A DNA stretch of 64,000 nucleotides, from positions 158,162,001 through 158,226,000 of the forward strand of contig OX597817.1 of assembly GCA_951406725.2 (NCBI GenBank), read 5' to 3'. The notes under the pieces are model-generated. The model was not told the DNA's origin, searched no databases, and was given only the letters and a program-made list of their open reading frames with translations. Source of the DNA: Octopus vulgaris (taxonomy: Eukaryota). The position numbers and the translations under genes are program-made. Shown here piece after piece: positions 23,694-33,368 of the stretch (positions within the stretch are counted from its first letter, which is position 1; every line of letters starts with the position of its first letter).

Positions 23694-26600
23694 CTGAAAT
23701 GAAAATAAAAGGAATTATTCAGAAGTAATACAATCTTTTATTACCAATCTTTGAAATAATAACCAGCATCATCAATTACCATCCACTTTTGTTTAACAGG
23801 TTCAGTCAGAATTTGTAGAGGTAAATCTTTTTACAGCTAGGCGTCCTCTCTGTTGCCAACTCTCAGGAGCTTTCTCCGTCCAGGTTGCGGATCCGTGGAA
23901 CAAGCTGCCAGACGAGATGGTGAAGATGCCGACGACCGCTTTGTTCAAAGCCTCCCTTGACCTCAAGTGGCCTGAACTCTTTACATGAACACCACCCTGT
24001 ACTTAATTCCATGTCCCCCTACATGGCCTTGCTATTTGCTTTTGAGCCAAAATTAACTAACTAACTAACTGTTTCCAAGCAGGATAATATTGTCTCATAG
24101 CTAGACATGTTTTCTACAAAAAACTGGAAACTCACTAGCATGATGGTGATGGTCGTATACAACCATTGTGTGATATCAAGAAAACACACACACACTCATT
24201 ATTCCAAACTTAAGGGAAAAATTCAATTCAGAAATACTAAATCAAATTTCACAAAATATAATATATTATATATATATAAATTAGAAAAAATTTGAATAAT
24301 AACCAGTATCATCAATTAACATCCACTTTTGTTTAACTGGTTCAGTTAAAGAAGTTATTTTATATATATCATCATCATCATCGTTTAACGTCCGTTTTCC
24401 GCGCTAGCACGGGTTGGACGGTTTCGACCGGGGTCTGGGGAGCTCGGGACTGCCCCAGGCTCCAGTCTAGTCTGGCAGTGTTTCTACAGCTGGATGCCCT
24501 TCCTAACGCCAACCACTCCGCGAGTGTAGTGGGTGTTTTTTACATGCCACCTGCACAGGTGCCAGAGGGGTCTGGCATCGGCCACGTTCGGATGGTGCTT
24601 TTTATGGGGGGGGGGGCAGAAATATAGGGGAGCACCAGTGGGAGGGGTGGTTCAGAGGACAGGTTCTAGGCAAGTAGAACGTAGGATATCAAGAGAGGGG
24701 TAATGCATATATATATAAAATGTACTGTTCTGCTATTGGTGTGATCAACAAAAACGTACCTCATCCAGCGAGAGATATCATTTAATATACACAGGATTTA
24801 AATTCAAGCCACTGTTAGTTCCATGTTGTGGAAACACAATTGTTGGACAAGCTTATATAGCATCTTGTGTATTTTCAAGCAAACTTTCAGACACAAATAT
24901 ACAACATGGTCAGTGCTTTTTGAAAAAAAAAAGTCCCAAAAAGGATAAGAGGACAGAAAAAGAAAACCAAAAATTGGGAGTTGCTTCCTTTTAGCCTGTT
25001 TGAATCAGAATTAATATGGTTGAATAGCTTAAGGTGACCCACTCTGCGCACAGGTGTGGGTGTGCTTGTTACTTTCTGTTTCTTAAATCTTGCCTTAATT
25101 TTCAAAATTTTGAACCCATTTTCTGCGCTTAAATTACAAATCCGCTTTCACTTTACCATGTTGAAAATTTGATTGAAATCGGGCAAAAGGTGTTCAATCT
25201 AGACCCCCAAGTGTCCCCCAAAATCAATAAAATCCCCGTTTTCACAGCAAAACAACCACTGTAGCTTCCCAAAATGTCTCCCAATCAATTTCTCGACTCA
25301 AGTTACCCCCTCCTGTAAATTTTAATCCCCTTCCAGCCCCATTTAGACCCCTTTTTACATAAAAATCCAATTTATATCAATGTTCACCTTCTTCATTTTA
25401 TAGATTAGATAAAAGATAACCGCCTCTAGCCCCTGCAACAACACGGAAAGCTGCTTTTTTTATTTTAAATTGTACACACCTCTCATCACCTGGCATTAAA
25501 GCCACTGCCCTCAATACTGCACCCACTTAATGAGGAAGTTTGTTTTGCTAGTTATTTGGTGACCTCACCAGTGCCAATGCCTGTAAAAAAAACATCCAAT
25601 ACACTCTGTAAAGTGGATGGCATTAGGAAGGGCATCCAACCATAGAAGCCATGCCCAAAACAGACACAGGAGCTTTGCACAGTTCTCTAGAAAGCCAACT
25701 CCTATGAAACCGTCCAATCCATGCTAGCATGGAAAACAGACATTGAATGGTAAAGCCACACAGACACACACACGCGACTGTAGAAACTAATTCAAAATAA
25801 AACATATCTTACCTCCCACCATAGCTGCTTTCTCTATGCCTGCTGCTTGTTTGAGGAAATATGATGTTGGTGGAGTTAACAAATCAAGTTGGTAACTGCG
25901 ATCAGGCTAATAGATAAAACATTGGATAAGTTGATTAATAGAAATATTTTCCTATCACACAAGAAAATAGTTTATAATTACAATTGAGAAGAAAAATAAT
26001 CTGACAAAATGATCAAAATTAAATATTGTGAATGTCACAACACAGCTTAAACTGTTTAATAGTGAATACAATAAATGCACCCTTTCAAAGCCTAGCCAGG
26101 TTCATGAGCCCCAGTTTCTATGGCGTATGTGTTCCCCAGCTGGACGGGACGCCAGTCCATCGCAGCATTACTCATTTTTGCCAGCTGAGTGGACTGGAGC
26201 AACGTGAAATGAAGTGTTTTGCTCAAGAACAAAATGCGTTGCCCTGTCCAGGAATCGAAACCACAATCTTACGATCATGATGCTGACACCCTGACCACTA
26301 AGCCACACGCCTCCACAAACTGTTTAATAATGAATACAATAAACAACCACTAATCTATCCTCTTATCCTTTTTTCTCCCATCTATAATCACCCCTGTTTA
26401 TGCTATTTTCATATTTACTAAAATTTGATTTGTTAGCTTACAAATCATCTTGGTCACTACTGTGCTTCAGTATCATTCAGCCAAATTTCTATTTCAAATA
26501 AGATCTATATCACCTTCTTAATATCTGTTCCTCTCCCCTTTACCCATTTTTTTTATATACTCAGCTATGAAATGTTTTGGATTAATCAAGCAAACTAGGG

Positions 26601-29176
26601 TAATTAAAGTTATGTACCATACCAAAGTCTAAACTCATTAGAATGCGGTCAATAGCACAGCATCTTAGTCTCACAGCCCTTCTGATTCTAATACAAACCT
26701 GTACTAAATAATGGCAGTAAGCGCTTGGAAAACTGCTTTCCATGCAGTTTCAATACTCATTTCAGTCAATTTCCTTCCCTCATTCTTTGTAGCTTTCTCT
26801 CTTTGCAAGAAGAGAGCCCTAACCCTTCCCTGACAAAGGGGTATGAGATGTTTTGCCACAGCTATTTTGGTGTTGCTGATTCAATATGGACTTATTTGAT
26901 AACAGGCATGCTAATGTTTCTCTTGTTCTCTCCTTCCCTTCCTCTTTGTTTCTATTTATGTGAATATGAGCATATTTCTCTATGCGTATGAGGAGAAGGA
27001 AAATGTTTATGTTAAGTGCGTTCAATTAATACCAATATGTCTGTCTCTCTCTTTCTATCTATGTATATATTTCTGTGGGTTTGCCTCCAACACCAAAAAG
27101 TGCAGTCGCCAAAACAGGCTGAATGTCCAGTCAGTTGTACCTATTCATCAACATCCAGTCGTCTCGTTCAGGCTGACGAAGGGCCTGGGCCATATACATA
27201 CAAAAGACTGAATTCCATAAAAAATACCTGAGAAACAAGTGAATGTGATAGACTTAACATAACCCAGTAGTTTTGTTAGGCTTATTGCTCAACATAGTTA
27301 ACACCTCACACATGCAATACCCTCACATTCTTTGAAATGTGGCCCAACTAAAGTCGAAGATAAAGTCCCCAACAATGTGATTTATTTTATACAAACTAAT
27401 CAGTGCCGGTACCACATAAAAAGCATCCAGTCCACACTGGAAAGTGGTTGGCATTTGGAAGGGCATCCAGCTGTAAAAATCATGCCAAAACTAACTTTGT
27501 CTGTGTTAGTGCTACGTAAAAAACACTGAGTCAACTCTGAAGAGTGGTTGATGTTAGGAAGGGCATTCAACCATAAAAACAGACACAGTAGTCTAGGGTA
27601 GTCTTCTACCTGGCTAGCTCCTGTCAACCGTCCTACCTATGCATGCATGGGCATGGAAAATGGATATTAAACAATGATGATAATCAATAACTACCGAAAG
27701 TGATTCAATTATGAGGAGACGTTTCTTTAATAACTAGTTATTATTCATAACTAGATGAAAAGTTAACATTTAATATTTATTTACATATGCAAAAGAGTAG
27801 TGAAATGGTTTAAACAGAAGTGTACCAGATTACAGAGCTGTAAATTATATCTTTTTTACAAAAGAATAATAAATCAAAAATAATCTTACATTTACAGTGA
27901 TTTTGGTACGCATTGGGATGCCAGGTTTAAAATGAGCAGTCTTTTCATTAAAATCTCTACAAAACGTTCCTATCGCAACACCAAGCTGTAGAAAACAGAA
28001 ACATTTAGATTATAGGATACAATGGTCATAAGGGATCACAATAACAGAGGAATGACTAAACTGTTGAATTTAGTTTAAACATACTCTGTTACAAGAAAAT
28101 AAGTTATGAAATCTATAGACAGAATGGTACTTCCACCATACACGTATATTCATTCATACAATATTAAAGAAATGCAATAAGAATTTTTTTAAATCTTACA
28201 TCTATTGTTATTTTGGTTCGCTTTGGGACACCAAGTTTAAAATGGGTAGTTTCTGATTAAGGTATCCCAAATATTCTCTGGTAGATAATTGATGTTTCAA
28301 ATTACTATATCAAGCGACGTTCTAAGGAGATAATTCCAAACAGAAATCGATACCGAACCGCAACCCTAGAAATACACAATGCTTTTGTTTTTTCTTTTAG
28401 TCTCAACTGATACCTGCATCGCTAGTTTGAAATTATGTTTAACTACAGTTGCACTAGTTATTTGCATTTCTTACACAGACATTTTTTTCGGAGGAAGGGT
28501 TCATGCAGTTGATACGAAAAGTGAAATTGTGCCAGGGCCCTTAGTTTAGCCTATACAGGACAATGAATGGGTGAAAGGCAAAGTTGACTTCGAATTATTG
28601 ACAGTAAACAAAGTAAAAACAATATTCAACGAAGTCCACTTAAACACAAATACCTATTTCTTTAGTAACCACAAGGGGCTAAAAACAGAGAGCACAGACA
28701 AACGGTTTAAGTCGATTACATCGACCCCAGTGCGTAACTGGTACTTAATTTATCGACCCCGAAAGGATGAAAGGCAAAGTCGACCTCAGCGGAATTTGAA
28801 CTCAGAACCTAACGGCTACGCATTTCGCCCGGCGTGCTGACGTTTCTGCCAGCTCGCCGCCTTCTTAAACACAAATACCTCTAACTTGTGTACTGCTTTC
28901 AATGTCGTAGCTTTTCGAATTATTCAAACAACTATCTAAATATAAGGGGAAAACAAAAACACGACCGATATTTATACATGTGCCCTTAAACAACCTTGAC
29001 TATATTCTGAGACTTACCTGCCCGAGTCGAGGTCCTAATGGCGGAGCAGCTACAGCTTTGCCACATGGTATAATAGGTTTTAAGGTCTGAGTTTGTCTCT
29101 GCTTACTTTTATCCATAACTTGTTTACCAGCCATGCCAGCAGCTTTCCCAAATTTTCTCCCAGCTTTAGAAGCCAT
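23431..29176 (-). CDS. MRPL11: mitochondrial ribosomal protein L11 (uL11m), complete, 203 aa; complement(join(23431..23693,25813..25906,27890..27985,29018..29176))
   Basis: MASKAGRKFGKAAGMAGKQVMDKSKQRQTQTLKPIIPCGKAVAAPPLGPRLGQ/LGVAIGTFCRDFNEKTAHFKPGIPMRTKITVN/PDRSYQLDLLTPPTSYFLKQAAGIEKAAMVG/GGEVSGKLTLKHIYEIAKIKSEDP...KQAKMLRI*. uL11 motifs (PPLGPxLGQ, FCxxFNExT, P(T)SYFLKxAAG, HIYEIAKIK). 612 nt in total, all introns GT-AG. Confidence 0.96.
23865..24070 (+). mobile_element. 3' fragment of the same CR1 family
   Basis: VADPWNKLPDEMVKMPTT..., shared 3' UTR and (TAAC)n tail. Confidence 0.8.
25813..25906 (-). CDS. MRPL11: MRPL11 exon 3
   Basis: 94 nt, phase 0-1, tattag acceptor and gtaaga donor. 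Confidence 0.95.
27890..27985 (-). CDS. MRPL11: MRPL11 exon 2
   Basis: 96 nt, phase 0-0, ctacag acceptor and gtaaga donor. Confidence 0.95.
28200..28277 (-). pseudogene. decayed tandem duplicate of MRPL11 exon 2 (pseudo-exon)
   Basis: Translates ETTHFKLGVPKRTKITID|gtaaga versus KTAHFKPGIPMRTKITVN|gtaaga in the real exon 2; the 5' part is disrupted and contains an in-frame TAA. Confidence 0.75.
28655..28865 (-). mobile_element. tRNA-derived SINE family C; other copies ~21825-22008 +, ~22767-22990 -, ~29308-29425 continuing at ~32363-32552 -
   Basis: GGCGAGCTGGCAGAAACGT..GAGTTCAAATTC head followed by GCCTTTCATCCTTTCGGGGTCGATAAATTAAGTACCAG central domain. Confidence 0.8.
29018..29176 (-). CDS. 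MRPL11: MRPL11 exon 1
   Basis: ATG at 29176, 53 codons, cag|gtaagt donor. Confidence 0.94.
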
Positions 29177-29425
29177 GTTGCCGAATGTCGTTTGTGTCGA
29201 TTATCTCCCTTGATCAAGGGACATAATCCCGACTGTCTTACAATTTCACCTCTTTTAAAGTAATGAGAGCAGATGACATTAACACCAGTCTCACATAGCG
29301 TGATCTGTTTCTTTATTACGTAACTGGTACTTAATTTATCGACCCCAAAAGGATGAAAGGCAAAGTCGACCTCGGCGAAATTTGAACCCAGAATGTAATG
29401 GCAGGCGAAATACCTATTTCTTTAC

Positions 29426-29603
29426 GGTACTTGTCTATTGTCGTGGTCCCGGTTTCGCACACGCGAATTCGCGCGTGCACACGCGCCAGACGTAGGTACT
29501 CGATACTCGAGATCCTACGAGGTGACTTGCGCATGCGCAGTGCAGAATTCGCGCATGCGCGTTAAACCCCCCCCCAAAAAAAAGGTGTTGGATTTCACTA
29601 AAA

Positions 29604-29644
<41 letters not shown>

Positions 29645-30788
29645 ATATTTTCAATTTTACACAAAAAAATTACATAGTCGCTTTCCTCGCGGATTTACAG
29701 AGAAATGAATTAATTACTATTTTACAGAATAAAATTAATGAATTAATTATATAAATTAAATAATTCTTGAAAATTAATTAATATTAATAATATTTTTTGA
29801 ACAAAGTAAATAATTTATAAAACTTGGTTAATAATTTTTTTTACACAAACGCGAACGTATATAATTTGTGAAACTTTTTTTTTTTTACAGACGTATATAA
29901 TTTGGTAAACTTAATGAATTAATTTCTTCTCATCATCATCATCGTTTAACGTCCGTTCTCCATGCCAGCATGGGTTGGACGGTTCGACCGATCTGGGAAG
30001 CCAGAAGGCTGCACCAGACTCCAGTCTTATCTGGCAATGTTTCTACAGCTGGATGCCCTTCCTAACGCCAACCACTCCGAGAGTGTAGTGGGTGCTTTTT
30101 ACATGCCACCCGCACAGGTGCCAGGCGAGGCTGGCAACGGCCACGGTCGGATTGGTGCCAGTCGAGGCGGCTCTGGCATCGGCCACCTTTCGGATAGTGC
30201 TTTTTACGTACCACCAGTCCAGGGGTCCTGGCATTTGCCGGGTGCCACACTTGCCCCAACATGTCTTCGCAAGCAAAGGGGTTGGCATGGGTGCCTGTCG
30301 TGGGATGAGGTTCGATATCAACTTCGCTTGCCTCAACAGGTCTTTGTGTATAAATGTATAAATTTTTCGCACTAAATTCTTTCCGTAGAATTTATCAAAA
30401 AACGCGCAAAATTATTCCGTAGACTTTATCAAATTAAAAAACGCAAAATTAATATATTTTTTGAAATTGCAAATTATTTAGAATATAAAACAAATTAAGT
30501 TAAATTTTAAAAATAAATGTCATATACTTATACTCTGTAAGGTGCTGTGTTCACACTTCAATTTACTATTTTCTAGAAATGTTGCTTTTCTAATTGAAAC
30601 AATTTTTCTCAATCTCCATTTAAAAGTCCATAATGCCTCTTGAGCCATATCAAAATGAACAACTTTGAATTACGCAGCGGCGGTGGTGGTGGTGGTGTGA
30701 GGTTCTAATTTTTTTTTCTGATCTCTCTTTGCCCCCCTAGATGGAGGTGTGGTGGGGAGACAGATGAAAGATGTTTCATTCTCTACTA

Positions 30789-30849
<61 letters not shown>

Positions 30850-32353
30850 CTTAAACCTACACGATATAGTCTATAAATTTGGGATGTTTTTGAAAGATAA
30901 TATATTTTGTCATCAGAATATATATACTTTCTCACACTACAATTAAGATATATTTATTTTAAATCGTTCATCTTTTCCCGCGACAACAAAAATTGGGCGC
31001 GAAAATTTTTCTAAATATTAGCTGAATGAACAACTGAGATAAAGAGGGGGCAAAGAGAGATCAGAAAAAAAATTAGAACCTCACACCACCACCACCACCA
31101 CCACCGCCGCTGCGTAATTCAAAGTTGTTCATTTTGATATGGCTCAAGAGGCATTATGGACTTTTAAATGGAGATTGAGAAAAATTGTTTCAATTAGAAA
31201 AGCAACATTTCTAGAAAATAGTAAATTGAAGTGTGAACACAGCACCTTACAGAGTATAAGTATATGACATTTATTTTTAAAATTTAACTTAATTTGTTTT
31301 ATATTCTAAATAATTTGCAATTTCAAAAAATATATTAATTTTGCGTTTTTTAATTTGATAAAGTCTACGGAATAATTTTGCGCGTTTTTTGATAAATTCT
31401 ACGGAAAGAATTTAGTGCGAAAAATTTATACATTTATACACAAAGACCTGTTGAGGCAAGCGAAGTTGATATCGAACCTCATCCCACGACAGGCACCCAT
31501 GCCAACCCCCTTTGCTTGCGAAGACATGTTGGGGCAAGTGTGGCACCCGGCAAATGCCAGGACCCCTGGACTGGTGGTACGTAAAAAGCACTATCCGAAA
31601 GGTGGCCGATGCCAGAGCCGCCTCGACTGGCACCAATCCGACCGTGGCCGTTGCCAGCCTCGCCTGGCACCTGTGCGGGTGGCATGTAAAAAGCACCCAC
31701 TACACTCTCGGAGTGGTTGGCGTTAGGAAGGGCATCCAGCTGTAGAAACATTGCCAGATAAGACTGGAGTCTGGTGCAGCCTTCTGGCTTCCCAGATCCC
31801 CGGTCGAACCGTCCAACCCATGCTGGCATGGAGAACGGACGTTAAACGATGATGATGATGAGAAGAAATTAATTCATTAAGTTTACCAAATTATATACGT
31901 CTGTAAAAAAAAAAAAGTTTCACAAATTATATACGTTCGCATTTGTGTAAAAAAAATTATTAACCAAGTTTTATAAATTATTTACTTTGTTCAAAAAATA
32001 TTATTAATATTAATTAATTTTCAAGAATTATTTAATTTATATAATTAATTCATTAATTTTATTCTGTAAAATAGTAATTAATTCATTTCTCTGTAAATCC
32101 GCGAGGAAAGCGACTATGTAATTTTTTTGTGTAAAATTGAAAATATTATATATACACACACACACACACATATATATTTTTAGTGAAATCCAACACCTTT
32201 TTTTTGGGGGGGGTTAACGCGCATGCGCGAATTCTGCACTGCACATGTGCAAGTCACCTCGTCGGATCTCGAGTATCGAGTACCTACGTCTGGCGCGCGT
32301 GCACGCGCGAATTCGCGTGTGCGAAACCGGGACCACGACAATAGACAAGTACC
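29426..32353. mobile_element. non-autonomous foldback / Mutator-like DNA transposon with ~1.3-kb TIRs
   Basis: 29426-30736 is the reverse complement of 31046-32353; termini GGTACTTGTC...GACAAGTACC; 9-bp TSD TTTCTTTAC at 29417-29425 and 32354-32362; splits a SINE that continues on the other side. Confidence 0.92.
29528..29560. promoter_or_regulatory. two NRF1/Ewg-type GCGCATGCGC palindromes ~350 bp upstream of the MRPL11 ATG
   Basis: TGCGCATGCGCA at 29528-29539 and GCGCATGCGC at 29551-29560; function untested. Confidence 0.4.
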
Positions 32354-32900
32354 TTTCTTTACTATCCACAAGGGGCTAAAAACAGAGAGGACAGACAAAC
32401 GGATTAAGTCGATTATATCGACCCCGTGCGTAACTGGTAGTTAATTTATCGACCCCGAAAGGATGAAAGGCAAAGTTATGACGTAACGGCAGACGAATTA
32501 CGGCTACGCATTTCGCCCGGCGTGCTAACGTTTCTGCCAGCTCGCCGCCTTTCTAACATAGCTTGATCGTGTAACCAAATGAGACATCGACACTTCATCT
32601 CTTATTACCACTGCTGACTTGTGAAAGAAGACTAAAACGTACAATTCAAATAGCTCGTCCGAATTTGGACGAGAGTTTCATTTTAATCTTTCTATGTAGA
32701 GGAATAAAGTTGGTTTTCCTTAGTTATACCACAGCATAAACAAGTCTGAGCGGCATCGAAATGACCTAAAAGGTTAGAGGATACGATAAACCGAACTAGG
32801 ACTAATTTAAGAATGGGGGCAGAATGTTTGGATTCCTTCGGAATCAATTTGACTATTGCACTTTTATAATACGAGGGTGGTCTGATAAGTTCATAAACTA

Positions 32901-33304
32901 GGATCTTTTCGGTTTGAACGGCAGTTTTTTCAATATGAAATTGTCCCCCATAATTATGACCCTAGTATCGATCTATTGCATTTCAATCTGTTTTAGGGTT
33001 AGGGTTTTTGGGGGAAGGGTATCTTTTTTTCTTCAGAAATATAAATAAATCCAATCTGTTTCTTAAACGAAGGACATATTCATACAGCACAGAATGCTTT
33101 TTAACTCAATAAACATCGCTGATTGGTTGAAATTGCAGAAATTGAAGAAAAAAACAACAAATATCTTACAAACCATAGAATTTTCTCAATAAAGCCAAGA
33201 GAAAAAGATGTTTTATAAACACATTCTACCAGTATACGAAGTTTAAAATTTTTTTATTTACCTAGAAATTATGTTAAAAACTGCCGTTCAAACCGAAAAG
33301 ATCC
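32901..33304. mobile_element. MITE with ~29-bp TIRs
   Basis: GGATCTTTTCGGTTTGAACGGCAGTTTTT ... AAAAACTGCCGTTCAAACCGAAAAGATCC; internal TTAGGG repeats. Confidence 0.8.
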
Positions 33305-33368
33305 GAATCAATTTGACTATTACACTTCAGTTGAACGAGCGCTAAACTTTCATTTACTTTTTATAATA

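Noticed and set aside
25030-25480. Possible DNA-transposon remnant in MRPL11 intron 3
   Set aside because: No matching termini or TSD could be identified.
27173-27215. CTGACGA possible hammerhead core, and a nearby minus-strand acceptor at ~27229
   Set aside because: No stem II/GAAA arrangement; the exon interpretation has no supporting homology.
29426-32353. Palindrome as an assembly fold-back artefact
   Set aside because: An exact 9-bp TSD, a target SINE continuing across the insertion, a unique spacer and arm-specific substitutions argue for a real insertion.
32993-33006. TTAGGG repeats
   Set aside because: Only two units, internal to a MITE; not a telomere.
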